64,000 bases of DNA. Source: Minisyncoccia bacterium. Its GTDB lineage: Bacteria > Patescibacteriota > Minisyncoccia > Phycocordibacterales > UBA918. The stretch is from NCBI GenBank assembly GCA_041738755.1, contig JBGSPE010000011.1:70658-134657 (forward strand), given 5' to 3'. Of the stretch, positions 26,564 to 36,151 are shown in pieces. Both the position numbers and the translations under genes were made by a program. Under the pieces are notes generated by a model, which had not been told where the DNA came from, did not search any database, and was given only the letters and a program-made list of their open reading frames with translations. The first letter of the stretch is position 1; every line of letters starts with the position of its first letter.

Positions 26564-27655
26564 TTATGCAACGGTTTTAAGCGCCAATCCGATTGCGGCA
26601 GCGTAACCAAACGAGTGCCTGAGATCAATTGGTGGTACGGTGTGTTCAAGTGAGAAAGCATTCTCCCAAACATTACCGCGATACGTAGGGATACCAATGG
26701 TCTCAGTTAGGTATTCAGGTAACCCCTTAAGATTAGCACTCCCCCCACATAAAATGATTGTACTAATTCGCCGATTACCTTCATTACCAATTCGCATATG
26801 CCAATACTGCATCCTCGTAGCAATCTCATCTTTTATCACTGATACTGTTGAAAGTAATGAATCAGTCACTTCTGAAGAATCAACTCCACGAACAAGCCCC
26901 TGGGTATTCTTAATCTGGGTTAATTCAGCTTCAGGAGTATTTTCTCCGAGTACTTTTCGTAACACTTGTGAGAGCTCAACTCCTCCAATATCAATTGTTG
27001 ATGTATACAAAAGAGCACCCTGATAAACAATACCGATACCGGTTCTAGTTTTACCAAAATCAACCAACAGTGATGCTTGCGTAGCGGCTCGAGGCACCAC
27101 CGCCCGAGCCATGGCTTGCGCTTCTACTTCAAACGAAACAGGTCGCAGTCCAGCTTCAATACACGCGTCAAAATACGTCTGCACGGTCTCCTTTGCATAT
27201 GCCACGACTGATACCTGTGCTGAGCGTGAATCTTTGCTCAACGGTAAAATAGAATAATCAAAAAATGCTTCTCGTGAGGGAATTGGAACGTTCTCTTCCA
27301 GACGAAACTCAAGTAAACTGCGAACTTCCTTCATCGGAATATTTTTCTTTATCTCAGTTTCAAATAAGTATGCTCGCTCTTCAGGTAGTGATACTCGAAC
27401 AAACTCCGCATTTGTTTTATCTTTAAATTCTTTCAGGACTGAAACTAATTGTTTTGGCTCTTTTATTTCTCCTCGTGACAGTGTTCCAGCTGGAATATTG
27501 ATATCGCCCCAGGCAGTTAATTTCCGATCAACATTATCAAGTAGCGTAGGTTTAAACGATACATATTTTAATGAGGTATCAGAAATATCTACCCCCATAC
27601 AAGGCATGGTGATATACGCCGGTGGTGGCAAAAGACGAGAAAGAGCGCTAAGCAT
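26564..27655 (-). CDS. pilM: Type IV pilus assembly protein PilM (actin-like ATPase)
   Basis: GVDISDTSLK, VDFGKTRT, LCGGSANLKGL and AIGLAL. Confidence 0.9.
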   Translation of the reverse strand: MLSALSRLLPPPAYITMPCMGVDISDTSLKYVSFKPTLLDNVDRKLTAWGDINIPAGTLSRGEIKEPKQLVSVLKEFKDKTNAEFVRVSLPEERAYLFETEIKKNIPMKEVRSLLEFRLEENVPIPSREAFFDYSILPLSKDSRSAQVSVVAYAKETVQTYFDACIEAGLRPVSFEVEAQAMARAVVPRAATQASLLVDFGKTRTGIGIVYQGALLYTSTIDIGGVELSQVLRKVLGENTPEAELTQIKNTQGLVRGVDSSEVTDSLLSTVSVIKDEIATRMQYWHMRIGNEGNRRISTIILCGGSANLKGLPEYLTETIGIPTYRGNVWENAFSLEHTVPPIDLRHSFGYAAAIGLALKTVA

Positions 27656-27711
27656 GTCTTTACAGTATACGTTGTTTGGTCAGAAATATTGTGAGGAAAC
27701 TCACATCTTGA

Positions 27712-28326
27712 CTACCACCAGTAGGTATACAGCAAATATCCGATTGCTGCTCCAATGGAAAGTATCGACGCAAGTGTAAGGTGACGCGTTGCTAATGCCA
27801 ATGCCTTTTCACCGAACCGGTACGTGAGATACGCGACAACGCCAAAGCGCAGTGTTCGACCCAAAGCAGAACCAATAATAAACATTACGAGACTCCCTTT
27901 TAATACTCCAGCTGCCACCGCAACAATACCGTACGGAATAGGCGTAAACGCCCCTAGAAATGCCACGGTGAAGGTACCTTGGTCAAAAGTCGCTACCATC
28001 TGACTAAAAGTAGAGAATGATTCAGGCGATAAAAATCCGAGCAGTTGGTCGGTAAAAAAAGCTGCAAAAATATATAACATTACTCCACCCAACACAGACG
28101 TTGCTACCGAAACAAATAACGCGAGCCAGGCTTTTGAACGATTAGCCACAATGTACGCAGCGAGAAATGGATCAATCGGACCAGGGAACGCGAGGGCTGA
28201 ATCCACAAAACTAATTGCCCCCAAAACCCACAAACCGTATCGTGACCGTAAAAGCTGCCCAGATTTTTTTACAATTCCGGTTACTTCTTTTTCGTAGGTT
28301 TCTGGAAGATTACTAATTTTAGTCAT
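27712..28326 (-). CDS. YqaA/VTT-domain membrane protein
   Basis: SFVDS..FPGPID, FTPIPY and GRTLRF. Confidence 0.85.
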   Translation of the reverse strand: MTKISNLPETYEKEVTGIVKKSGQLLRSRYGLWVLGAISFVDSALAFPGPIDPFLAAYIVANRSKAWLALFVSVATSVLGGVMLYIFAAFFTDQLLGFLSPESFSTFSQMVATFDQGTFTVAFLGAFTPIPYGIVAVAAGVLKGSLVMFIIGSALGRTLRFGVVAYLTYRFGEKALALATRHLTLASILSIGAAIGYLLYTYWW

Positions 28327-28331
28327 TACAA

Positions 28332-28664
28332 TTATTTGACTTTTGTTCCTGTAGGAAGGTCAATGTTTGGATGAAGTAACGCCAGTCCACTGTCTGCCGA
28401 GGCGGCGAGAATCATACCATTACTTTCAAGTCCTCTGATTGTCCGTGGTGCAAGGTTAGTGATAAAAGGGCACTGCTTCCCCACCAAACTTTGCTCATCT
28501 TCAAAATACTCTCGAATTCCTGAAAGAATCTGCCGAAATTCTGACTCCCCAAAATCTACCTCGAGTCGTAATAACTTATCTGCTCCTTCAACAATCTCGA
28601 CAGTTTTTATCGTACCGAGTTTAATTTCCAATTTTGCAAAGTCATCGTACGTAATCATTTCCAT
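28332..28664 (-). CDS. tRNA-binding OB-fold protein (MetRS C-terminal/CsaA-like)
   Basis: ITYDDFAKLE, ADKLLRL, RQILSGI and NLAPR...SNGMIL. Confidence 0.9.
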   Translation of the reverse strand: MEMITYDDFAKLEIKLGTIKTVEIVEGADKLLRLEVDFGESEFRQILSGIREYFEDEQSLVGKQCPFITNLAPRTIRGLESNGMILAASADSGLALLHPNIDLPTGTKVK

Positions 28665-28665
28665 A

Positions 28666-29046
28666 TTATTTTTTTCGAGTGATAAAGCTATCGAGAATTA
28701 TTGCAGCAGCGGCGGCATCAGTCTGTGAATTCTTACCCTGGATGCGGATTGCTTGTTGCGTTGAGTATTGTTCAGGTTCTAGGTGAATAGGAATAGGTAA
28801 CGCGAGCGTAAGGTCAGTCATAAACGATTCTACGGCGCGGTGGATTGGATTGGCTTTACCGGCTTTATCAACTGAGTAGCCGATGACGATTTCTTGAACC
28901 TGCTCCTTTTCAATTAAGGCTGTGACGGTAGCAAGTAGTTTCGAGTCATTTGGAATAACTCCCCGCGGGAATGCCATCACCCCAGACTCATCGGTGAGAG
29001 CAATGCCCACGTTCTTACTCCCAAAATCTATCCCCATTTTTCTCAT
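28666..29046 (-). CDS. ruvX: Holliday junction resolvase-like RuvX/YqgF
   Basis: GIDFGSKNVGIAL.D and DAAAAAIILDSF. Confidence 0.9.
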   Translation of the reverse strand: MRKMGIDFGSKNVGIALTDESGVMAFPRGVIPNDSKLLATVTALIEKEQVQEIVIGYSVDKAGKANPIHRAVESFMTDLTLALPIPIHLEPEQYSTQQAIRIQGKNSQTDAAAAAIILDSFITRKK

Positions 29047-29101
29047 GGAGGTAGCATACCACGAGTCTTCAACCTTGGCTTCTCGCTAACCAAAGAAGCC
29101 T

Positions 29102-29899
29102 CTATAGGCGATAGAGTATTGAATCTTGAGGAGAAAATGGTAATAACTGCTCAGCTGGAACTGTCACGGGCTCAGCGCACGCCTCAATCACATGAGGATA
29201 TTGCGGTCGTACCACAATAGCCTGAGTTGTTGTAGCAAGCCTGAAATCGTGAGTATAGTTTAAAAGCGTCTCGAGGTTATTTACAACTGAACAACTCCCC
29301 TCCTCTGCAATATCAGCACTCATTTCAGCCAGCGTGATTTGTGCAGCATAGATAGTTTCAAGAATTAATTCCTGATCTGTATCAAACGACTCAAATAACA
29401 TCGGGAATTCTATTAACTCACCGGTTGTCATATCAAAGGTGAGCGTCTGTGTAAAATTATTGACGGGATAGGCACCTCCACAAAAATAATTTCCACTTGC
29501 GTTTACACTAAAGATATCATTTTCAGCATAGTCGACTGTTGTTACAACATTCCATTCGAAGGTTTCGTCAGATGTGTCTGGTCCGCAACCAGCCTGACCA
29601 AATGTCTCAGCAATTTTTTGATTTACTTGCTCCAAGATTAGCGGTTCACGGAATGAGGTAATTTGTGGATAGGTGAATGCAGGGTCATTCGTTGGAACCA
29701 TGGTGTATGGTATGCCGGTAGTGCTCGCCTGTGTTGTTGGCGGTGTATTGATTGTGTATGTCTGCTCTGCGTCTTTCTGAAGTTCCAGCACAATGCCATA
29801 TTGCATACCAAGATAAAACGTCACGAGAGGAAAGACTCCCAAAAAGAACACAATCGCAGCCAGTTTTGAGTACCAGGTAACTTCATTAAATTTTATCAT
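29102..29899 (-). CDS. Hypothetical membrane-anchored extracellular protein
   Basis: N-terminal VTWYSKLAA TM; YPQI, GGAYP and TFDMTTG resemble RsiV/DUF3298-like folds. Confidence 0.65.
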   Translation of the reverse strand: MIKFNEVTWYSKLAAIVFFLGVFPLVTFYLGMQYGIVLELQKDAEQTYTINTPPTTQASTTGIPYTMVPTNDPAFTYPQITSFREPLILEQVNQKIAETFGQAGCGPDTSDETFEWNVVTTVDYAENDIFSVNASGNYFCGGAYPVNNFTQTLTFDMTTGELIEFPMLFESFDTDQELILETIYAAQITLAEMSADIAEEGSCSVVNNLETLLNYTHDFRLATTTQAIVVRPQYPHVIEACAEPVTVPAEQLLPFSPQDSILYRL

Positions 29900-29965
29900 A
29901 TATACGAATGGTAGATTAGAATCCTAGATTATTAAAATGACTTATTAACGTACCGCAGATACGCC

Positions 29966-30523
29966 TTACTTGAGCTCGTTAAGGATGGTTTTAATTTTGC
30001 GAACTCTTGCCGCTTCGGACTTTAGGTTAAAGAGACTCTCTAGGCGACCACGCTTCCAAGATCGAGACTTTAATTCCCAGACTTTGTGTAAATTTTCTTT
30101 CGTTAAAGTAACCTTAAAATCCTCTGGTAGCTTTAAGTTATCAACTTCGATCAAAGCGTTCCAGGTGCCAGTTTTCTTAGCTAACGTAACCATGGCTAAT
30201 CCACTTTTTTGCATTCGGTTTTCTTTTGTAAGGATCTTTATTTTCTGCTTATTTACGTTTGACCAATTACTCTTAGGGTTCCGGGGGGAGATGCGAATAC
30301 TAGTGACTTCGTCGTTTACTTTTCTCGGCAAACTATCTATCCAACCATAACAGAGTAATGAATCAACTATTTTTGAGTATGTTAGATCACTTTTTTGAAG
30401 TGATTGTTTGTAGTAATGTAACCAAATTGATTCGTCTCTATCGTAATGCTTAGCTAACCACACTTCGAGTTCAGATTGTGAACGTACAAATATATATTCA
30501 TTGTTTGATTTTACAGTATCCAT
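29966..30523 (-). CDS. YdeI/OmpD-associated family protein
   Basis: WLAKHY, LCYGWIDS and SPRNPKSNWSNVNK. Confidence 0.88.
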   Translation of the reverse strand: MDTVKSNNEYIFVRSQSELEVWLAKHYDRDESIWLHYYKQSLQKSDLTYSKIVDSLLCYGWIDSLPRKVNDEVTSIRISPRNPKSNWSNVNKQKIKILTKENRMQKSGLAMVTLAKKTGTWNALIEVDNLKLPEDFKVTLTKENLHKVWELKSRSWKRGRLESLFNLKSEAARVRKIKTILNELK

Positions 30524-30536
30524 GCACTGATTTATT

Positions 30537-30824
30537 TTATTTTTTCTTTTTCGAAGAGAACCACTTGGCCGCATCAGGTCGTCGATGCGGGCAACCTGGC
30601 CAACAACACGGTCGTTTTTTGCCCTTTAATAAATCTTCTTGCAAACGGCGGAGATGGTCTGCTCTGGTCTCAGCTTTTTTCACAATCGTGACATAACAAA
30701 TCCATTCATTGCGAGCGAGCGGGGTTAATGTCTCCCACTTCGCAGCGACCTTAGGCGACATACCCAAAACACCAGCCAGGTCTTTGGGGATTTTATGCAT
30801 GAAGCTGGTGGGTGTAGATTTCAT
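30537..30824 (-). CDS. YdeI/OmpD-associated short protein
   Basis: WETLTPLARNEWIC...ETR...GKKRPCCWPGCPHR. Confidence 0.85.
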   Translation of the reverse strand: MKSTPTSFMHKIPKDLAGVLGMSPKVAAKWETLTPLARNEWICYVTIVKKAETRADHLRRLQEDLLKGKKRPCCWPGCPHRRPDAAKWFSSKKKK

Positions 30825-30833
30825 GCGCAGTAG

Positions 30834-31292
30834 TTAGGTAACATCTATATCAAAGTGGGTAATATCAGTTTCAATTTTACTTGCTAGCTTCGTGTATAAC
30901 GCTACCGCAGGTGCATCGATATTGTCAGCTTGCACAAAAATTACCTCAGCTCCTCGTTCCCGAGAGATTATTTTTAACACTGCAATTAATTTCGTCGCAA
31001 TTCCTTGCCGGCGGTACTGTTCACTGACTGCTAAATCATACAAATATACTTCGCTTCTCTCTTGTTCAAATTTTTGAAGTTCATACGCTACCAAGCCTCC
31101 AACCACCTCCTCTTCTTCTTCAGTGACTGCAACGAGAACAATATTGTTTGGATTTTGTAGTAGTAGCTTGATATATGTTTTTGTCGGTAACTTTGCTTGG
31201 TAGGCTTCATTATCCTCAAATGCCTCAGCAAAAACCTTCATGAGTTTTTGAACGAAAGCATCATCATTTTCAGTGAGTAATGAATATTTCAT
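30834..31292 (-). CDS. GNAT acetyltransferase, AAC(3)-I aminoglycoside acetyltransferase-like
   Basis: VGGLVAYELQKFEQERSEVYLYDLAV...RRQGIAT...IFVQAD...AVALYTKL...HFDI. Confidence 0.85.
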   Translation of the reverse strand: MKYSLLTENDDAFVQKLMKVFAEAFEDNEAYQAKLPTKTYIKLLLQNPNNIVLVAVTEEEEEVVGGLVAYELQKFEQERSEVYLYDLAVSEQYRRQGIATKLIAVLKIISRERGAEVIFVQADNIDAPAVALYTKLASKIETDITHFDIDVT

Positions 31293-31476
31293 AGGTACAT
31301 TTTACCATGATTTATGACGGTTAAAGCTTATATCTTTAACGCAATTACACAGTATGGTTCCCCCCAGCATGGCTCCAGATTTAGATTCCTAACGCAACTG
31401 TACGCAGGGCACAACACAAAAAGTAAATATAAAAACACCCCATCAAGGTGAGGTGTTTTTTTATTAAAGATATACT

Positions 31477-32085
31477 TTATTTTTTACTCTCAACCTCCAT
31501 AGTCATCACTACTGATGGACGTAGAGCGACTCTTTCTAAGTATGTCGTAAGGTTTTTGTGTTGACTGATATCAAACTGGAATATGTGGCGCCAGTTAAGT
31601 ACTGTAAATGCATATGCGTCTGCCACGGTAAAACTATTACCGAACAAAAATTCATGCTTAGCCAATTGGCTATCCAAGTAAGCTAGTCGTTTATGCAATT
31701 TTTCAACATGCATAGCAAAACCTTCTTCAGTGTATATAGACTTAGCAAAAAATTGACTCATTCCCTTATGTAATTCTGAACTAATAAAAGTCATAAGCTC
31801 TTGGAAGTGATATTTTTCCATTCCCTCACCAGAGGGATTGAGTCCTTTTTCAGGCTTCTGGTCTCCCAAGTACATAAGAATTGCCACACCTTCAGTCAAC
31901 ATGTGTCCCTCTGCAATTTCAAGCGCGGGAACATAGCCTTTAGGATTAATCGAATAATAATCACTACCATCTTCAGTAGTGTGTGACTTCAAGTCTACTT
32001 TGATCGGCGTCACTTCAAGTTCAAGTTCTTTGGTCACAATGTGTGATGCCATAGAACAAGCCCCGGGTGCGTAATAGAATTTCAT
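31477..32085 (-). CDS. Glutathione S-transferase (beta class, GstA-like)
   Basis: YYAPGACSMASHI, INPKGYVPAL, LTEGVAI and SELHK. Confidence 0.93.
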   Translation of the reverse strand: MKFYYAPGACSMASHIVTKELELEVTPIKVDLKSHTTEDGSDYYSINPKGYVPALEIAEGHMLTEGVAILMYLGDQKPEKGLNPSGEGMEKYHFQELMTFISSELHKGMSQFFAKSIYTEEGFAMHVEKLHKRLAYLDSQLAKHEFLFGNSFTVADAYAFTVLNWRHIFQFDISQHKNLTTYLERVALRPSVVMTMEVESKK

Positions 32086-32210
32086 AATTTAAAATTTAAT
32101 ATGTAACATAAACAGTATAGCTACCTACTTTACTTTGTAAAGTATGGCAATATGCGCACGCATCTAATACCATCCGGGCCATTAGGAATGTAATCGTGTT
32201 CTTTTCGACC

Positions 32211-32626
32211 GTGAGGGCACAAACGAAAAAGGCACCCTTTGCAGGGTGCTTTTTTTATGTGTGCTCCCGCCAGGAAGTTCGGTCACTCTCATGGATATTT
32301 TGTCGCTTGCGACAAAATATCTCATTCGCTCGACCCCCACTCATTGCGGTCCTCGGCTACCGCCTGCGGGCTTCGCCGCAACTCGGTTCGATTCCTGGAG
32401 GAAGCTACAACGGCAAAGGCCCAGAAAGTATTCACTTTCTGGGCCTGCCATTTGTGCTCCCGCCAGGAATCGAACATTACATGTTCAGTACAGGTTGTCG
32501 CTATTTTTACAAAATAGCTGGCAACCTTTTCGATTCTTGCCACGGATTTTTTACAAAAATCCTGCAACTGGCGGAAGCACGAGAAAAGCCGGCTAACGCC
32601 GGCCACCCTTCTTGTGCTCCCGCCAG
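32211..32626 (-). repeat. Array of direct and inverted copies of the tRNA-Arg(GCG) 3' end with intervening hairpins (copy D of the tRNA-associated element)
   Basis: Direct copies at 32452-32475 and 32260-32276; inverted copies at 32568-32585 and 32386-32415; core GGGGTCGAG...GTGACC at about 32281-32342. Confidence 0.85.
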
Positions 32627-32686
32627 GAATCGAACCTGGAGCACCGGTACCGCAAACCGATATTTTATCCATTAAACCACGGGAGC
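32615..32686 (-). tRNA. tRNA-Arg(GCG)
   Basis: GCTCCCG/CGGGAGC acceptor stem, TCGGT-TTGCGGT-ACCGG anticodon arm and GGTTCGATTCC. Confidence 0.92.
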
Positions 32687-32733
32687 AAATAATTTCTTTT
32701 CTACACCAAAGCTGATGTGTGGCACATCTTACA

Positions 32734-33234
32734 TCAAAAACCGAAAATTTCCAGCACTTTCAAGAAGAAGGGTTCGTGTAGTTCTTCTTCGGGAATTCGC
32801 TCACGGAGGATGTCCTCAATCGCATCAACATGCTCGAGGGGCAAAGGAAGAACAAGGAGTGGAACAGACTTGCGGGTGGTTCTGATAAGAAGCTGTGGGC
32901 CTCGTGGATCTTCTTCGTCAAGATGGTATGAAACAAGGAGTGGGAACGGAAATAATTCATCTTCAACTTTAATGCCTCGCACACTTACACCGTACGGTAC
33001 AATCGCTGGACGTTTAGCTGCTGAAATTGCGAGCACCCCGCCAGCTAATCCAAGCAAAAGAGCGAACATTACATTATCTAAAAGAATAGCTGTGAATACG
33101 AGCGCCGCCACAACAATAAGCAAGGCCAAAAACCAGTCATTTCCCTTCTCAACATGGTGATGTTGTGGGGCCTCCCAAGAAATTCCACGTGCTGTTGGTT
33201 CCATTTCCAAAATTGTAGCACGGGGACTTGCCAT
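32734..33234 (-). CDS. Hypothetical two-TM protein (DUF5673-like)
   Basis: ISWEAP...KGNDW, two TMs and C-terminal EELHEP...LGF. Confidence 0.7.
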   Translation of the reverse strand: MASPRATILEMEPTARGISWEAPQHHHVEKGNDWFLALLIVVAALVFTAILLDNVMFALLLGLAGGVLAISAAKRPAIVPYGVSVRGIKVEDELFPFPLLVSYHLDEEDPRGPQLLIRTTRKSVPLLVLPLPLEHVDAIEDILRERIPEEELHEPFFLKVLEIFGF

Positions 33235-33316
33235 GAGTGTACAATTCGCCTGTCTTCTGTTACTATCTTGGCCACAAATAACTAGTTATTTGTCCTGATG
33301 AAAAATTGAATATATT

Positions 33317-33406
33317 GGAGGGATGGCTGAGTGGTTGAAGGCGGCAGTCTTGAAAACTGTTAAGGGTTTACGCCCTTCGAGGGTTCGAATCCCTCTCCCT
33401 CCGCCA
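33317..33406 (+). tRNA. tRNA-Ser(TGA)
   Basis: GGAGGGA/TCCCTCC acceptor stem, CTTGAAA anticodon loop, long variable arm and encoded CCA. Confidence 0.96.
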
Positions 33407-33450
33407 AGTCGTGCTAGCACGAGACGCGTCAAAATGGCGCTACTCTAGCA

Positions 33451-33486
33451 AGTAAAAAGCTCGTCAGAAATGACGAGCTTTTTACT
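33451..33486. terminator. Bidirectional terminator
   Basis: agtaaaaagctcgtca-gaaa-tgacgagctttttact. Confidence 0.8.
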
Positions 33487-33498
33487 ATCTGTTGATAT

Positions 33499-35262
33499 CT
33501 ACTGACTAGATTTTTGAATATGTTGAATGATTAAATTACGATTTTTTAACCTAAACGAATGACACAATGCGACTGCCTCAAATTGAGCAATTTTAGATTC
33601 AAATCGTCTTGCTTCAAAATTTGCACGAGTCATGGCTGTTCCGTGGGCACACGCCATTACATAAATTCGTTCCTTTTCCGTAAAAAGAGTAACGAATTCA
33701 TCCTCCGACATCTTTGCCCGCTCTCCCGCATGCCACCTTTGGTAATACTCTCGCAACTTACTACCATCTCCTCGTGCTGACTCTTCAATCACATCAGCGG
33801 CTATTTCCAGCTGCGAAACAGCATCCCGTACGGAACCAGCAAAACCATCTTTAACCTGAATTATATAGAGCTTATTTTCCGAAACATGAAGCAAATCAAA
33901 GAGTTCGACTTTCCCTCTTCCGTCCCAAAGATAATATTTGTCCCCGAAATAAAAATTATCGCTATCGATATAAGCCTCGTTATAAACACCTTCATCTGCA
34001 TGATTCCAGTTAATAAAAGGTATGTCAGTACTCAGATGACCACGCTCAAATAACTGTTCAACCAGGTCTTCAAGAAGATAGTCGAAAAAACTACCAACAG
34101 GTTCATACCATTTACCATCAACATAGAAGTATGTCTTTCCGTCGATATGTACTTCACCATGAAAGTACTTCCTCAGCTTAGCCTCAAAAGGTGCGGCATC
34201 CTCATGGGCCTTAAAAGTGAAGTCAAATTTTTCAAAGCTTTTTATAAACTCATCAATACCTTCATGATAGTTCACCAAGTTAGCTGTTCGCATATGTTGC
34301 AAAACCTGTACAGCATTCGGAGCATGAGCTTCGTCGACCATTGAATTTCCTACTTGATACTCACACCCAGACAAAAACTCGGTCACACTCTCAGGGTGAC
34401 AAAAATCATAATCAGCTACTCTACCGTAGGTATCGTCCACTAACGCACGATAGAAAATTGTAAGTAATGAGGTTTCGAGTCGTTCTCTCATTTGCTTTGA
34501 CTTAACCTCAGCAAGAGTGTCGAGGTATTTAAACTTTTCTTTACGTTCAGCGCTCAGTGCGGGCAAGCCTTGGAGAGCATTTATGAGCTTAATTATTTGC
34601 TCCAGATTCACTGATTTACGGAAAGTAAACGACGACTTCATTTCGGCACTAATCTTTTTTCGATGATCTAGCACAAGACTTAGCTCCGGATTGTTCTGAA
34701 TGATGGTGGCATCAATTTCCCCGTACAGTTTTTTCCAGACCTTTCCAAAAGCTTCTGAGCGAGAATAACTGTACGAGCGGCGGTAGTTCTCTGTTTTTGA
34801 GTATACTTCACTCACTAGGTCACGTACTTCCGCGTATTTGAACTCACCTTGAAATAACTTTTTTGAGACCTCTAGGGGAAATGAGTCATCAGTGTAGGTT
34901 TGAATGGCGAAATAACCTGCGCCGGCTGTGAGTACAAAGATGTCATTTACATCATATACAAATAAAATGAAGTCCTTGTTTATACTTTGGAACAGTTCAG
35001 AATTATTACGCTCGTCCTCATTTATTGGATCTACAAAATCCGCCCAGGTAAAGGAGATGCGTTTTTTATTAAATAATTGGATTCTTTTTTCTTGGAACGT
35101 TGCGGCAACGTTTACTGGCGATAGTTTAAAGTCTTCATTTTGCTCTTTAGTATTATAGTTTTCAACTATAAGTCCTATAGTCTGATCAGTCGTCATACCA
35201 GCAAACAAAGTCCGATCTCTATCTATTTTCCAAATTGCAAGGTTGCTTTTCTTTTCTGACAT
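33499..35262 (-). CDS. DUF6119/TIGR04141-like protein with putative C-terminal PD-(D/E)XK-type nuclease motif
   Basis: GAGY near the N-terminus, YFYVDGKWY, EGVYNE and KVELFDLL...IQVK...SQ. Confidence 0.7.
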   Translation of the reverse strand: MSEKKSNLAIWKIDRDRTLFAGMTTDQTIGLIVENYNTKEQNEDFKLSPVNVAATFQEKRIQLFNKKRISFTWADFVDPINEDERNNSELFQSINKDFILFVYDVNDIFVLTAGAGYFAIQTYTDDSFPLEVSKKLFQGEFKYAEVRDLVSEVYSKTENYRRSYSYSRSEAFGKVWKKLYGEIDATIIQNNPELSLVLDHRKKISAEMKSSFTFRKSVNLEQIIKLINALQGLPALSAERKEKFKYLDTLAEVKSKQMRERLETSLLTIFYRALVDDTYGRVADYDFCHPESVTEFLSGCEYQVGNSMVDEAHAPNAVQVLQHMRTANLVNYHEGIDEFIKSFEKFDFTFKAHEDAAPFEAKLRKYFHGEVHIDGKTYFYVDGKWYEPVGSFFDYLLEDLVEQLFERGHLSTDIPFINWNHADEGVYNEAYIDSDNFYFGDKYYLWDGRGKVELFDLLHVSENKLYIIQVKDGFAGSVRDAVSQLEIAADVIEESARGDGSKLREYYQRWHAGERAKMSEDEFVTLFTEKERIYVMACAHGTAMTRANFEARRFESKIAQFEAVALCHSFRLKNRNLIIQHIQKSSQ

Positions 35263-35347
35263 AAGTTGCTTTTATACACTTTTAACTATTCGACCAGTTA
35301 ATTATGCCGCTATCAAAACAACCTGGCAGCTAGCCGCCAACTGCAAA

Positions 35348-36151
35348 CTATGTTGTAGCGGCATTTATATCTGCTGCGGTTTTTTCAATTAAATCTTTAA
35401 GGGAATTTGCCTCTAAAGTGATGATTTTCTTCGTACCGTAAGCTAGATTCAGCTCCTTCATTAGTTTTCGAACTCTCTCTCGAGAACTGGCAAACTCAGT
35501 ATGGGTACCTAGATAATCTAGGACTGATATTAAGATCCGATTTGATCGTCCCATCGCACGTTCGAGCACCTGCTGATAGATATCTTGAGTAGACAGCAAA
35601 ATACCAGTGTAGTAATAAGGATCGTCCTTCTTTAACCCTCCAAAGAATTCTGGATCGGTCTCCCACGGAGCATGTGTCAGGTGTGCAGCCCACCACAGTC
35701 GTGCGATTGCATGACGACGAAGATCGCGATCGTTGCCACTAATGAACCAGTGTTCAAGTAGGTAGTTAATTGCTTTACTTTTTTCCACCGAATCCTTAAG
35801 GCTCTCGAGGGATACATTCAGCCCCCATCGGGTGAGAGAGTATTTTCTAAATTCCACATGACTCAGGTAAGTCCATAGTCGAGGATCGGACGCCTGTGTT
35901 TCGTCTAGATTTTTGTAGTGCTCGTGGAGTGAAATGGCGTTGTCCAAATCAGCAGACACAGGATCTTTTTCAGGTGTCGCAAGTACCGGTGGCTTGCCCC
36001 CAAGAGCTATTGTAGAAGTGAGTAGTTCTGCTTCGTTCACTGGAAAATCTTCCTTGAAATAGTTTTCAAGAGAAATTCCGGACCGCAAATCATTGCGCAT
36101 CTTATCGACTACCGCCCGTTTAAATATTTTTTGTGCAAGGTTTTTACTCAT
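35348..36151 (-). CDS. DUF6339-like protein
   Basis: ASDPRLWTYLSH and RRHAIARLWW motifs. Confidence 0.75.
   Translation of the reverse strand: MSKNLAQKIFKRAVVDKMRNDLRSGISLENYFKEDFPVNEAELLTSTIALGGKPPVLATPEKDPVSADLDNAISLHEHYKNLDETQASDPRLWTYLSHVEFRKYSLTRWGLNVSLESLKDSVEKSKAINYLLEHWFISGNDRDLRRHAIARLWWAAHLTHAPWETDPEFFGGLKKDDPYYYTGILLSTQDIYQQVLERAMGRSNRILISVLDYLGTHTEFASSRERVRKLMKELNLAYGTKKIITLEANSLKDLIEKTAADINAATT

Noticed and set aside
30824-30840. Integron attC after the AAC(3)-I-like gene (ACCTAAC fits RYYYAAC)
   Set aside because: The next gene starts about 10 nt later; there is no attC hairpin or GTTRRRY partner, and no integron integrase
32211-32626. CRISPR array
   Set aside because: The repeats are tRNA 3'-end copies, unevenly spaced at about 160-190 bp with hairpin-rich intervals; no cas genes are present
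32196-32675. ORF-track ORFs of 92-159 aa over the tRNA-Arg array
   Set aside because: They overlap a tRNA and palindromic repeats and show no protein motifs
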